Virus record (IMG/VR): IMGVR_UViG_3300028805_000081
Span: 45,930-109,929 of that record
Reading direction: 5' to 3' (one strand)
Length of the DNA stretch: 64,000 nucleotides
From: a virus
Taxonomy: Duplodnaviria > Caudoviricetes
Shown: positions 27,558 to 38,270 of the stretch, piece after piece
How the letters are laid out: each line of letters begins with the position of its first letter
How positions within the stretch are numbered: the first letter of the stretch is position 1
The notes under the pieces: model-generated
What the model was told of the DNA's origin: nothing
What the model saw: the letters and a program-made list of their open reading frames with translations, nothing else
Databases searched by the model: none
Translations under genes and position numbers: made by a program

Positions 27558-28586
27558 ATGATTATCGAGGAAATTAAGAAAACACTACTTGAAAGTCCGG
27601 AAATTATATGCAATATATTAGAGTATTTCGGATTTTATCATATGAAGATTTATAGTAATCGTATCAGTTTTGCTAACAGTGAGGACGGAAACAGGAACGG
27701 TATCAGCCTGAAGCTGGATGAGTCACTTGTTGTAAAGGACTTTGTACGTGGGCACAAAGGAGATATATTTTCATTTCTTATTAAATCCCGTGGCGTTTCA
27801 TTTAAAGAAGTCCTTGACCGTGTAAAGTATGAACTCGACATTGAGTGTTTTGATTTCGCTCCGAAAGTTGAACCTTTTAGCGGATTATTTTCTAAGTGCA
27901 GAAAGAAGAAAAATACACTTGAATATAAGATATATCCGGAAACGGTACTTGACCAGTATGAAAGAGGATATTCTAAGAAGTTTTATGATGATCATATATC
28001 ATTAGCGACTCAGGAGAAATTCGGTATCAGATATGATCCATTAAACTGTTCTATAGCTATTCCGATCAGAAGTCCTACAGGTGACTTGATAGGCAGTAAG
28101 CTGCGTAGGAACTACAAAGTATCTGAAGATGAAAGCAAGTATATTTATGATATACCATGCCCGGCTTCACAAACATTGTTTGGCTATTTTCAGAATTACG
28201 ATGCGTTATACGGGAATGACATCATCATAGGTGAAGCAGAAAAGTTTGTGATGCAATGTGATTCATACGGTTACAGGAACGCTGTAGCTCTTGCAAGCAG
28301 CAATTTGTCTATTACACAATGTAAACTGATACTTTCACTGAATCCAAACTCAGTGACGTTTATGATGGACGTGGGACTTAACCCGGAAACATTATTAAGG
28401 AATATGGAATTATTAAAGAGTTATTCTTCAATGCTATGTATCGAGATCCGTTATTGGAACGGGAATAACTTTGGTGACAAGGAAAGTCCTACCGATAGAG
28501 GCAAGGACGAATTTGAGAAAGCATTATTAGACTGGAGTGATATGAGTGTTTTGTGCAAACGACTTAACAACAAAGGAAATATGTGA
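27558..28586 (+). CDS. DNA primase (TOPRIM)
   Basis: IAIPIRSPTGDLIG; IIGEAEK; follows the helicase. Confidence 0.8.
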   Translation: MIIEEIKKTLLESPEIICNILEYFGFYHMKIYSNRISFANSEDGNRNGISLKLDESLVVKDFVRGHKGDIFSFLIKSRGVSFKEVLDRVKYELDIECFDFAPKVEPFSGLFSKCRKKKNTLEYKIYPETVLDQYERGYSKKFYDDHISLATQEKFGIRYDPLNCSIAIPIRSPTGDLIGSKLRRNYKVSEDESKYIYDIPCPASQTLFGYFQNYDALYGNDIIIGEAEKFVMQCDSYGYRNAVALASSNLSITQCKLILSLNPNSVTFMMDVGLNPETLLRNMELLKSYSSMLCIEIRYWNGNNFGDKESPTDRGKDEFEKALLDWSDMSVLCKRLNNKGNM

Positions 28587-30147
28587 CAAAATATGTGAAC
28601 AGAGAGGAATTAATAATCCGTATGAGTTTTTCTATCCAGCGGGATCTTGGATTTTAGATCCGCTTGAATTAAAAAACATGGATAAGGCTATAGCCAAAAC
28701 TATGGCTCATAAAGATGACAATATAGGCGTATTCTTTGATACTGATGCTGACGGTATCTGTTCAGGGACAGAAGTAACAGAAGAACTCCGGGCGTTAGGA
28801 TTTAAGGTACAGACCTTTATCAATAGCGGTAAGGCTCATGGTTTACTTCAGGGCGATCAGCTGAATACAATCAAAATAAGTGGCATTAAGCTACTTATCA
28901 TTCCGGACAGTCTTGACAGCACAACTGACGGATATAAAGAGCTTCATGATGCTGGCATAGATATTATCATTCTCGATCATCACGATGTGAGAATTGATTA
29001 TCCGGATGATATAGTTACGCTTGTATCATCAAATGTGGATTATCCAAATCCTGACTTATCGGGTGCGGGCGTAGCACTGAAATATTGCTTGGAACTTGAT
29101 AAGGTATTTAAGACAAATCATGCGTATAACCTTTATGATCTTGCTGCGATAGGCATATTAGCAGATGTATCAGACGTATATAGCAGTATGGAAAACAGAG
29201 CGATTATTCACAAAGGACTCAGCAATCTGAATAATCCAGCTGTAAAGAAGATACTTGGCAGCTATGAGTTTAATGCAAAGAGTGTGCTGTTCAGTATTGC
29301 CCCGGCAGTAAACGCCTGTGTGAGAACTAATGCTACCGGGTTAGCAAAGGACTTTTTCTTGGAAACAGAGAATAAGAAGTTACTTGCTATGCGTAAAGAA
29401 ATAGAAGCTCAGAAAGTTATTCAGGATGAAGAAAAGAAAGCACTTCTTGATATAGTTAGGGAACAGTTAGATTCTCAGACAGAGTTAGATTTTGGTTATG
29501 CTATTATAAATACTAAACTCGGTGTATCAGGGTTAATCGGTAACACTGTTCTTGATGAGTATAACAAGCCTATCTTTATCTTCAATGATACCGGAAGTGA
29601 CGTATTTATTGGCTCTATGCGTAGTGTCAAGTACGGTAACTTTGCAGACATAGCGAATAGTACCGGGCTAATAAGTTGTAAGGGACACGGTGAAGCTGCG
29701 GGTGTTATAATCCGTAAATCAGACCTTGATGAGTTTGTCAAAAAGTTAACTGCGATTTTAAAGAATACTCCGGTAATTAATGACGGTGTAGGTGCTGACC
29801 AGTATGATTTTGAGATAGATGTGGATTATATTGACAGAGAATTTTCAGATCTTATGTGCAGAATTAACCGTATAACTGGAAATGGATTCAAACCAGTGAC
29901 TGTCAAGGTAAATAACATTACAGGCTATGAAGTAGGAAGTTTCAAGGACGGAAAGCACCTTACTCTTAGTGTTCAGGGTACAAACATCATGGTAATAGAT
30001 TGGAATACCACAGAGGATTTTGATGAGTGGGAACTCCACGCTATGTGTGATGATCCGTTTGATGTGGTCTGTGAAATAGAACATGGATACTTCGGACGTA
30101 ACTTTACTATCAAACTTATTGTTAAAGAATTTTGTTGGGAGAGATAG
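28546..30147 (+). CDS. recJ: RecJ-like DHH ssDNA exonuclease
   Basis: DTDADG; ILDHH; LSGAGV; GHGEAAG. Confidence 0.88.
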   Translation: MFCANDLTTKEICDKICEQRGINNPYEFFYPAGSWILDPLELKNMDKAIAKTMAHKDDNIGVFFDTDADGICSGTEVTEELRALGFKVQTFINSGKAHGLLQGDQLNTIKISGIKLLIIPDSLDSTTDGYKELHDAGIDIIILDHHDVRIDYPDDIVTLVSSNVDYPNPDLSGAGVALKYCLELDKVFKTNHAYNLYDLAAIGILADVSDVYSSMENRAIIHKGLSNLNNPAVKKILGSYEFNAKSVLFSIAPAVNACVRTNATGLAKDFFLETENKKLLAMRKEIEAQKVIQDEEKKALLDIVREQLDSQTELDFGYAIINTKLGVSGLIGNTVLDEYNKPIFIFNDTGSDVFIGSMRSVKYGNFADIANSTGLISCKGHGEAAGVIIRKSDLDEFVKKLTAILKNTPVINDGVGADQYDFEIDVDYIDREFSDLMCRINRITGNGFKPVTVKVNNITGYEVGSFKDGKHLTLSVQGTNIMVIDWNTTEDFDEWELHAMCDDPFDVVCEIEHGYFGRNFTIKLIVKEFCWER

Positions 30148-30149
30148 TC

Positions 30150-30356
30150 ATGATAGCTAAGATTACTTATAAGGGACTCGGCAAATTGGATGACTGGTAC
30201 GGACATGTGGATTATCACAAAGGCAGGACTATTAACGGTGCTAATGAGATTAATGTTTTAGGCGATGTTGTTTTAATCAAGGTCAGAGGAGAAACGATTA
30301 TGGAAAGCCTTAATGAGATAGAGTCGATCAGGATTGTTGAACCACTGGAGGAATGA
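30150..30356 (+). CDS. hypothetical protein
   Basis: GGGAG RBS; operon packing. Confidence 0.65.
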   Translation: MIAKITYKGLGKLDDWYGHVDYHKGRTINGANEINVLGDVVLIKVRGETIMESLNEIESIRIVEPLEE

Positions 30357-30547
30357 TTATGGATTGGGAATACATTGAAGATGAAAATGATGATGGTTCT
30401 AAGACGTGTGTAAGCTGCGAACACTACTCAATTGACATGGATAATGACAGATTGCCTAACTATTGTGATGTAGACGGTCACTATGTTGGTTATGTAGATT
30501 GTTGGACTCGGACGTGTAAGTATCACAGGCTAAGAAAGGAGAGTTAA
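30353..30547 (+). CDS. Cys-rich small protein
   Basis: GGAGG RBS; CxxC. Confidence 0.7.
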   Translation: MIMDWEYIEDENDDGSKTCVSCEHYSIDMDNDRLPNYCDVDGHYVGYVDCWTRTCKYHRLRKES

Positions 30548-30548
30548 T

Positions 30549-30857
30549 ATGAGTTATTACGGTGATAGCAATAAAGAGTGGCTGCGTGATGAGATCAATG
30601 ACTTCTTATCAAAAGGATACGACTTAGCTATATTAATGGACGTGGTTGCAGATTGTATCCGGGACTATGAAGTAGAGAATAAAGTTAAGCATGGTAAATG
30701 GATAGCACAAGATCCATGTAGAGGTTACAGTGAAACCTATAAGTGTTCTGCGTGTGGGGAAGTTGTTATTCTTAATACTTATACAAGAGGTTGCAGCTAT
30801 GAATACTGCCCGGAATGTGGGGCTAAGATGGATGAAGGAGAAATTGTTTATTTATAA
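30549..30857 (+). CDS. Zn-ribbon protein
   Basis: HGKW...CSACG...YCPECGAKMD. Confidence 0.75.
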   Translation: MSYYGDSNKEWLRDEINDFLSKGYDLAILMDVVADCIRDYEVENKVKHGKWIAQDPCRGYSETYKCSACGEVVILNTYTRGCSYEYCPECGAKMDEGEIVYL

Positions 30858-30868
30858 AGGATGATTTT

Positions 30869-31090
30869 ATGAAAAAGGAATTAACCGAGGAGTCCATACA
30901 GAACTACTTAGATTATCTTGTTAGTATCCGTATTTGTTATGGTAATGAACGCTGTCATGAACATTTTAAACATGCAATGAACGGAGCTAAACATTCTTTT
31001 TCAGCAGCGGATTGTAAGAGGTTAAAGGCTGAATTATTAAGACGTATAGATGACGAATATAAAAGGCGAATAAGTTTATCAGCAATATAA
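30869..31090 (+). CDS. hypothetical protein
   Basis: AAGGATG RBS. Confidence 0.7.
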   Translation: MKKELTEESIQNYLDYLVSIRICYGNERCHEHFKHAMNGAKHSFSAADCKRLKAELLRRIDDEYKRRISLSAI

Positions 31091-31104
31091 AGGAGTTGTA
31101 AGAT

Positions 31105-34100
31105 ATGTATTGTAATTTTCATAAGCACACGATGATGTCAAATATTTCCAGCCTTGATTGTATCTCTAAACCTGAAGAATACATGAAAAGAGCTGCCGAG
31201 TTAGGGCATACAGAATATTTCACTACAGAACACGGCTATCAAGGTAATATTTTTGATGTATATACTCTTTGTCAGAAGTATAATCTGAAGTGTGTTTATG
31301 GAGTTGAAGCATATTATGTAGACAACAGGTATGAAAAAGACAAAGGTAATTATCACATCATCCTTATAGCAATGACCGAAAACGGAAGAAAACAGATAAA
31401 TAAGATCATATCTGAAGCTAATATTTCCGGTTTTTATTATAAAGCAAGGATTGATAAAGAATTATTACTTACTCTTAATCCTAAAGATGTGGTAATTACT
31501 ACTGCCTGTATTCAATCAAGGCTTTTCAAGGGAGATAATTGGTTAGAAAATTTCTTTCTGCCTGTTTATAATCATTTCGGACAGAGTTTATATCTTGAAG
31601 TTCAGAACCACAATTCAGCTCCACAGATAGAACACAATAAGAAGATACTCGAATTATCTGAAAAGTATGGCGTAAAGATTATTCATGCTAATGATAGTCA
31701 TTATATTTTCCCGGAAGATGCAGAATATAGAACATTATTTCTTCATGCTAAAGGGATTAATTACGGTGACGAAGATACATTCATTCTTGATTACCCGGAC
31801 GAAGAAACTATCATCCAACGTTATTATCAGCAAGGAGTTTTGAGTAATGATCAGATTAAAGAAGCACTTGAAAACACACTTATCTTTAAGAAATCATCCG
31901 GGATTACTCTTGACAAGGAATTTAAGATCCCGAAAGTGACAGCTGAGAATGAAGATTCTGATAAAGTTCTCGCACAAATCATTAATGAAGCTTGGCGAAA
32001 AGAACGTAACAATATTCCTAAAGAGCTGCATGAGAAATATATTAATGAAATCAAATATGAATATGGCATGATAAAAAAATGTGGCATGAGTGATTATTTC
32101 ATTCTTGACCATAAGGTTGTTAAAAAGGCAATTGAAGAATATGGTGGCGTTCTTACTCATACTGGCAGAGGATCAGGCGTATCATTTTATATTAATAAGC
32201 TTTTGGGGCTTACAGAAGTTGATAGAATATGGTGTCCGGTAAAGTTATATCCGTCAAGATTTATGACAGATGTCAGAATATTAGACACTAAGTCAATTCC
32301 TGATTTGGACATGAATTGGGCAGACGTAGAACCGGCTCTTAAAGCAAGTGAAGATTACCTTGGTAAAGATGGTGTAAGACAAATGATTGCCTTTAAACCG
32401 CTTCAGGTTGCATCTGCTTTCAGATTATGGTGTAAAGCTAAAGGATTAAATATAGATGAATATGATGATGTAGCAAAGAAACTCGGTGATGATGAACATT
32501 GCTTTGATAATGATGAAAAATGGTCAGGACTTGTTGAAGGAAGTAAGATATTTCGTGGTGTAATCGAGTCTGTAGCTCCTTCACCATGTAGTTGGTTACT
32601 TTATGACAAGCCTATATCTGAAGAAATAGGACTTATTTCTATAGGATCTGAAACTAAAAATACCAAAGTTATGTGTTGCGTTCTTGATGGTTATAACTGC
32701 GATTATTATAAATATCTTAAAAATGACTATCTTACTGTAACTGTTTGGGAGATTATCAGTGAAGTTTATAAGAAAATCGGCAGACCTATTGATGATATTA
32801 AAACACTTATTGATCTTTGTGATGATGATGTATGGCAGTTAATTGCAGATGGAATTACCAGCACAATAAATCAGTGCGATTCTGATTATGATAAACAGAT
32901 ATTAGCTAAGTATAAGCCTAAGAATTTCATGGAAATGTCTGCTTATGTTGCTGCAATTAGACCGGGATTTGCAAGTAATCTCGATAGTTTTGTAAATAGA
33001 GAAGATCATACAACTGGAGTCCCGGAGCTTGATGAGATATTAAAAGATTCAAAGTCTTATTTGATGTATCAAGAAAATCTAATGTCATTATTTGTATGGC
33101 TTGGTATTCCTGAAAAAGATTGTTATGATATTATCAAGAAAATCAGTAAGAAAAAATTTAAAGAAAAAGAGCTTAAAGATTTTAAGACTCGTTTATCGGA
33201 AGCATGGATCAAAAATGTCGGGAATCTTGATTTATTTGAAAGAACATGGACTGATGTGGAAAATTCTTCCAGATATTCCTTCAATGCATCGCACAGCGTG
33301 TGCGTCTGCTTAGATGGTATGTACGGAGCATATCTTAAATCTCATTACCCGGTAGAATATTATGCTACTGTATTTGAAATCTATTCAGATGATATGATAA
33401 AAACTACAGCTCTTACTAATGAACTGCCTTATTTCAATATCAAGCTAGAATCACCAAAGTTCAAAACATCAGGCAAACATTATTCTTATGATTTGGAAAC
33501 AAGAACAATCTATAAGAATATCCAGTCAATCAAATTTCTTAATGAGAATGTAGCCGAAACTCTGTATAATATGCGTGATCGGCACTTTGATACATTTCTT
33601 GACTTCTTAAAAGTAAATCCGTGCGATAGCAGACAAACTGAAATACTTATCACACTTGACTTTTTCAGTGAGTTTGGACAGTCCGGAAAGCTCATGAAAA
33701 TCTTTGAATTATATCAAGCAAGATACAATAATAAGAAATTCAAATCAATCATCAAGAAAGAAACTAATCCTTATCCGGTCGAGATCTGTGAAAGATACGG
33801 CAAGGAAACTGATAAGCAGTTTAAAATCACAGATGAAGAAGGATTCATGAATGAGATTATCACTACAATCCCGGACAAAGAACTGCCAATCAGTACACGT
33901 CTTGAAGCTCAGTTAGAGTATCTTGGCTATATCGAATACACCAATCCTAAAGCTCAAAACTGGGGATTTATTCTTGGCATTGATACAAAGTATTCACCAA
34001 AGCTTAGCATTTACAATCTTGACACAGGTAATACTGTTACAATTAAAATGAATAAAGCCGATTATGCTAACTCTGGTCTGAAGCCTAAACAGGTTATTAA

Positions 34101-34206
34101 ATATATCACAGATGATCGTCCGAAAAAGAAGATAATAGATGGTCACTGGACAGACCTTGACGAAACAGAACCTTGGATTAAAGCATTTAATATTTATCGG
34201 GCATAG
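31105..34206 (+). CDS. dnaE: DNA polymerase III alpha subunit
   Basis: PHP domain (HKHT, TEHG, NDSHY); GRGSG; PDLDMN; YSFNASHS. Confidence 0.95.
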   Translation: MYCNFHKHTMMSNISSLDCISKPEEYMKRAAELGHTEYFTTEHGYQGNIFDVYTLCQKYNLKCVYGVEAYYVDNRYEKDKGNYHIILIAMTENGRKQINKIISEANISGFYYKARIDKELLLTLNPKDVVITTACIQSRLFKGDNWLENFFLPVYNHFGQSLYLEVQNHNSAPQIEHNKKILELSEKYGVKIIHANDSHYIFPEDAEYRTLFLHAKGINYGDEDTFILDYPDEETIIQRYYQQGVLSNDQIKEALENTLIFKKSSGITLDKEFKIPKVTAENEDSDKVLAQIINEAWRKERNNIPKELHEKYINEIKYEYGMIKKCGMSDYFILDHKVVKKAIEEYGGVLTHTGRGSGVSFYINKLLGLTEVDRIWCPVKLYPSRFMTDVRILDTKSIPDLDMNWADVEPALKASEDYLGKDGVRQMIAFKPLQVASAFRLWCKAKGLNIDEYDDVAKKLGDDEHCFDNDEKWSGLVEGSKIFRGVIESVAPSPCSWLLYDKPISEEIGLISIGSETKNTKVMCCVLDGYNCDYYKYLKNDYLTVTVWEIISEVYKKIGRPIDDIKTLIDLCDDDVWQLIADGITSTINQCDSDYDKQILAKYKPKNFMEMSAYVAAIRPGFASNLDSFVNREDHTTGVPELDEILKDSKSYLMYQENLMSLFVWLGIPEKDCYDIIKKISKKKFKEKELKDFKTRLSEAWIKNVGNLDLFERTWTDVENSSRYSFNASHSVCVCLDGMYGAYLKSHYPVEYYATVFEIYSDDMIKTTALTNELPYFNIKLESPKFKTSGKHYSYDLETRTIYKNIQSIKFLNENVAETLYNMRDRHFDTFLDFLKVNPCDSRQTEILITLDFFSEFGQSGKLMKIFELYQARYNNKKFKSIIKKETNPYPVEICERYGKETDKQFKITDEEGFMNEIITTIPDKELPISTRLEAQLEYLGYIEYTNPKAQNWGFILGIDTKYSPKLSIYNLDTGNTVTIKMNKADYANSGLKPKQVIKYITDDRPKKKIIDGHWTDLDETEPWIKAFNIYRA

Positions 34207-34228
34207 TGCTCAAAGTTCTATAAAAGCC

Positions 34229-34257
34229 TTGACATTTCTTTATCTATATGTTATACT
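34229..34257 (+). promoter_or_regulatory. sigma-A promoter flanked by operator copies and embedded in a hairpin
   Basis: TTGACA-17bp-TATACT. Confidence 0.85.
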
Positions 34258-34318
34258 TAACTTAGCAAGTGAACATAGTTATATAATTTTGGATGAAAGG
34301 AGTGACAAGGCTTAAATA

Positions 34319-34516
34319 ATGCAAGGTGATAATGAGAGAGGGATGACACTCAGAGAATATCTGAAGTTTGAGGAATGGATTAACTATGTAACTATTCAAG
34401 CGATATTAAAAAATCTTTGTACAGAAGTTAAAACATATAAAGCGGAGAATGAGAAAGATTTAAGAGAAAAACAAAGCGAAGGACTTGATGAGTCATGGAT
34501 AAAGATCTTAGATTAA
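34319..34516 (+). CDS. hypothetical protein
   Basis: First ORF after the promoter; start uncertain. Confidence 0.5.
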   Translation: MQGDNERGMTLREYLKFEEWINYVTIQAILKNLCTEVKTYKAENEKDLREKQSEGLDESWIKILD

Positions 34517-34716
34517 AAAAGATAATGTTCAAGGACATCATCAAAAAAGATGGACTTGGTAAAGTGTTTATTGACAATGATGTAGCAAATGTAATTAAAG
34601 AAGCCGGTTTTGTAATAATGACAGATGAACTGGCAAAGAAGTTTTTAAATGAGAGCTTGGAATTAAGCAAGCTGAAAGTTAAATGGGAGAATGAGAAAAA
34701 TGGTAATAATACTTAA
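34495..34716 (+). CDS. hypothetical protein
   Basis: Overlap packing. Confidence 0.55.
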   Translation: MDKDLRLKKIMFKDIIKKDGLGKVFIDNDVANVIKEAGFVIMTDELAKKFLNESLELSKLKVKWENEKNGNNT

Positions 34717-35230
34717 CGGGATAGGTCGTTCCGGGAAAGGAACTGTCTATAAATTTATGAACCAATATCTGCCGGGCGTTCAATACTCTTGGGTAGAACC
34801 AGTAAGAGATATGTTACGTGAAAAGGGTATTGATGTTGATGATAAAACACCTGAAATGCGTAAGTGTTTAGCTGATATTTGTGCTGCACTTGATGGTATC
34901 GACTACAATTACAAAGATATAACAGGCGTAATCAAAGACGTAGAAAACGGCATGATTGAAGGATGCAATACAATCTATATTGATGTAAGAGATCCGAAGA
35001 ATATTGACAGGCTCAGAGTATTCTGCCGGGAATACGGCATTGATTTCTGTACAATATATGTCAAGCGTGATGTTGAGTGCCCTAATAATCAGGCAGACAT
35101 TGCGGCTAAAGATCCTACCGGATATGACTATGTAATTGATAATAACGGTACGTTTCAGGAATTAAATCAGAAGTGTATGAACGTTGCACATTGTATTCAG
35201 ACAGATTATAAGGTGATCCGTAATGAATGA
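34691..35230 (+). CDS. P-loop nucleotide (dNMP) kinase-like protein
   Basis: GIGRSGKGT; IDVRDP; DYVIDNNGT. Confidence 0.75.
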   Translation: MRKMVIILNGIGRSGKGTVYKFMNQYLPGVQYSWVEPVRDMLREKGIDVDDKTPEMRKCLADICAALDGIDYNYKDITGVIKDVENGMIEGCNTIYIDVRDPKNIDRLRVFCREYGIDFCTIYVKRDVECPNNQADIAAKDPTGYDYVIDNNGTFQELNQKCMNVAHCIQTDYKVIRNE

Positions 35231-36269
35231 AATTGCAACAACTCATATAACAGCTATTGAATGGAATATTGGTAGACAAGGATTACTCCAGCCTTCAGTA
35301 ATATTCGATCCGGTTCAGTTTGGTGATTATACATCTTCAAAAATAACACTTCACAAATGCTCTGATATACGTAAGTTAAAGCTCGGTATTGGCGATGAAA
35401 TTGTCATTTATCATACTAAAAATGGCGTATCAAAGATAGTTGAGAACAAAACAGAGTCGGATAGTTACGGCACAATAACCCGCTGTCCGTTCTGCAATAC
35501 GCTTGTAAAGCACTTAGGCGATGATATTTATTGTAATTATCCTTGGTGTAAGGAGTCAAGAGCAAAGGTTTTATTACACTTTTGTAGAGCTATGGGCATT
35601 AAAGGAATGGACATTGAGTCTATCCGAAAACTTGTAAAAAGTGATGGTAAAGGAACGACTTGCAGAACACCATTACAGCTGCTAACTACAGATGTAAAGA
35701 AGTTCAGATACTTTCTTGGTAAAGCAGACGGAGAAGCAGTTTATCAGAGTATTCAGGATGCAAAATATACAACGCTGGCAAAGTTTATTTGGGCGTTAGA
35801 CATAACTGTTGAAGAATATGCTAAACGATTAGCTGATGACTGTAATGAAGATATTGATCTGTTCCTTGTAAGATGCCTAAATGACTATGACTGGAGTCAT
35901 ATTCCGGACTTTGCAGAGTTTAAGAGTAAGCAAATTAACTCAACAGTAAAGCTTCACTACAATGAAATCAAGGAACTACGTAAACACTTGATATTCTGCA
36001 TTGATGATAAGCCTGAAGAAGTTGACTTTGTAAATAACAAGGAGTTTGTTGTAACAGGCGATTTACATATCTTTAAGAACAGAAATGCTATTCTGAACTA
36101 TATAGATCTTCATGGTGGCAGAGTAAGGGGGATTATCACAAAGAAAACAAACTTCCTTATAAACAATGACACACGTAAAAGTCATCCTAAGAACAAAGAT
36201 GCAGCTCTTTTTGGAGTCCCGGTTATCACTGAAGATGAATTTGTGGCTCGCTGCAAAGGAGAGATGTAA
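35223..36269 (+). CDS. NAD-dependent DNA ligase C-terminal half only (OB, Zn finger, HhH, BRCT)
   Basis: IEWNIGRQG..P..FDPV; LGIGDEIVI; CPFC; FVVTG; VITEDEF; no KxDG adenylation domain. Confidence 0.8.
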   Translation: MNEIATTHITAIEWNIGRQGLLQPSVIFDPVQFGDYTSSKITLHKCSDIRKLKLGIGDEIVIYHTKNGVSKIVENKTESDSYGTITRCPFCNTLVKHLGDDIYCNYPWCKESRAKVLLHFCRAMGIKGMDIESIRKLVKSDGKGTTCRTPLQLLTTDVKKFRYFLGKADGEAVYQSIQDAKYTTLAKFIWALDITVEEYAKRLADDCNEDIDLFLVRCLNDYDWSHIPDFAEFKSKQINSTVKLHYNEIKELRKHLIFCIDDKPEEVDFVNNKEFVVTGDLHIFKNRNAILNYIDLHGGRVRGIITKKTNFLINNDTRKSHPKNKDAALFGVPVITEDEFVARCKGEM

Positions 36270-36449
36270 ATGACGGTTGTAATATTTATTGGTGTTCTTT
36301 ACATGATCTTCGGCATATTTGTGTATGCTTATTGCGAGTCGAAGTTTGATAATTTAAATGATGAAAAACAGGATTACATTGTGAGCTGTTATCTTTGGGG
36401 AATGGTATTTTACTATATATTTTTACTGTGTTTAGTGTTTGGAGATTGA
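36270..36449 (+). CDS. small membrane protein (59 aa, two hydrophobic segments)
   Basis: AAGGAG RBS; below the track cutoff. Confidence 0.6.
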   Translation: MTVVIFIGVLYMIFGIFVYAYCESKFDNLNDEKQDYIVSCYLWGMVFYYIFLLCLVFGD

Positions 36450-36453
36450 TATT

Positions 36454-37047
36454 ATGATCGAAACAAGTATTGTGGACGGGTTAGCTTATATCAAACATTC
36501 GCATAAGATAACGAGTACAATTTTAATCAGAAGCGATTATGAGAAGTCAAGACCGGAAAAGCTTATTGAACCGGGATTAATATCAAACAGGGAACGTAAG
36601 AAGATCAAGCCTGTAAAGTTCTATGAAGATAAAGAGTATGTTTGTTATTACAAGGATAAGCAATTTTGGGTAGGCATAAAGCCTTGGAAACCGGGTAACA
36701 TTAGACGTAAACTTTGGAATACGTACAAAGATACAGGCGAGTGCTGGTTTGTCCCGGCTGATTATAATAATCGTGCTGGATTCTTCAGAACAGAAAAGGA
36801 AGCACTTGATTTTATCAGTGAATCAAACAGTAAAGAAAAACCTAAATATATAAGAGTAAGAAATCCGGAAGATATAAAATGGATTATCAAGTTGCCTTGG
36901 GTTTCATTACTTCTTGAGGATTTTGATATTGCTAAAGAATGGAACGAATACACATTCAATAATCATTTTGAATATGCTGATTTATCAGATTGGATCAAGA
37001 TAATTAAAGCTTTTAGGGAATGGGAAAAAGGAAATGATAACACATGA
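36454..37047 (+). CDS. hypothetical protein
   Basis: GGAG RBS. Confidence 0.75.
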   Translation: MIETSIVDGLAYIKHSHKITSTILIRSDYEKSRPEKLIEPGLISNRERKKIKPVKFYEDKEYVCYYKDKQFWVGIKPWKPGNIRRKLWNTYKDTGECWFVPADYNNRAGFFRTEKEALDFISESNSKEKPKYIRVRNPEDIKWIIKLPWVSLLLEDFDIAKEWNEYTFNNHFEYADLSDWIKIIKAFREWEKGNDNT

Positions 37048-37228
37048 GAATAATTGCGTAGATTGCGGTTTCCCGTGCAGACATGAGGAATGTCCGTATT
37101 ATAGCCAGTTGACATTTTACTGTGACAAATGCGGTGATCAGACTACAGACCTGTATGATCATAACGGTATGCAGCTATGTAAACATTGTTTGCTTGACAC
37201 AGCTATCATCAGATTAAGTGAAAAATAA
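37034..37228 (+). CDS. Cys-rich Zn-finger protein
   Basis: Three CxxC motifs. Confidence 0.75.
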   Translation: MITHENNCVDCGFPCRHEECPYYSQLTFYCDKCGDQTTDLYDHNGMQLCKHCLLDTAIIRLSEK

Positions 37229-37268
37229 TCTATAAAAGAGTTGACAAAGTAGTGTAAGAGGGTTTATA

Positions 37269-37577
37269 ATGGTAGCAAGAGAATATTTTAAAAAAGTTAT
37301 AAAAGGATATATCAAGAAAAGAAAAGAGTTCAATGAATGGTATGATAAGCTTGAAGAAGTTCTCAGACCAGCTCCGGAAATGATATTAGATCATTCTTAT
37401 GAAGATGAGTTCATAGAGCTATTGATGTACGTCATGAATGATAAGTATGAATGGCTTAGTTACTTCGTTTATGAGCGTGATTGTAAATGGTTTTCATATG
37501 AGTTTGCTGGCAAAGAAATTCAGATAGACAGTCTTGATAAACTTTATGATTTAATTACCGAGGATGAGAAAAAATGA
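37269..37577 (+). CDS. hypothetical protein
   Basis: ORF in operon. Confidence 0.75.
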   Translation: MVAREYFKKVIKGYIKKRKEFNEWYDKLEEVLRPAPEMILDHSYEDEFIELLMYVMNDKYEWLSYFVYERDCKWFSYEFAGKEIQIDSLDKLYDLITEDEKK

Positions 37578-37939
37578 GGGTTGAGTACAGTTCGGACAAC
37601 CGAAACAATAGCTATTTAGTTTGTGAACAGATTATAGGATTTGATGGCAGAAATAATTATCTTAATTATATAGCTTATCCGGGCAAGATTTATCAGTACG
37701 GAAAAATAAAAGGTATTACTTCAGCTACAATCGGCATCCCGGACTTAGGATATAATCTTAGCGTGCAGCTGAAATATTATCCCGGAACTGTAAGTGCTAA
37801 TCGCTGCCCTGAAATGATAACAGGTGTATCAGTAGTCAGAATATTCTTACAGCCTGAATATGATCTTGTTATCATTGAAGCTATTGGCGGTACATATCAT
37901 ATAAAAGCATCGGATATAAGAGATTTGACAGTAAAATAA
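37574..37939 (+). CDS. hypothetical protein
   Basis: ATGA overlap. Confidence 0.7.
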   Translation: MRVEYSSDNRNNSYLVCEQIIGFDGRNNYLNYIAYPGKIYQYGKIKGITSATIGIPDLGYNLSVQLKYYPGTVSANRCPEMITGVSVVRIFLQPEYDLVIIEAIGGTYHIKASDIRDLTVK

Positions 37940-37949
37940 GGAGAAAAAG

Positions 37950-38270
37950 ATGAAAGATAATAATATTTTAAAGGAGATTGAGGCGGTTAGCACTTGGCTT
38001 GAACATCCGGATGTCGGAGAAAGACTTAAAGAAGCCGGCATGAGTGCGATGATTGTAACGTATGATAAGCATGGTGATTGTGGGTCGGTCGGTTATTCTA
38101 CTCCAGCAGGACTGGAGAATATGGTTAAGTGTCTTATTCAGTCAGGGATAGATACACTTGATGAGGAAAACGCTTGTATATTTATTTCCAATATAATAGA
38201 TTACATCGGTAATTTCTTTGATTTTGAAGAAGATGAAGAAACTTGTGAAGTGGAAGCTCAGGATGAATGA
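37950..38270 (+). CDS. acidic hypothetical protein
   Basis: AAGGAG RBS. Confidence 0.75.
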   Translation: MKDNNILKEIEAVSTWLEHPDVGERLKEAGMSAMIVTYDKHGDCGSVGYSTPAGLENMVKCLIQSGIDTLDEENACIFISNIIDYIGNFFDFEEDEETCEVEAQDE

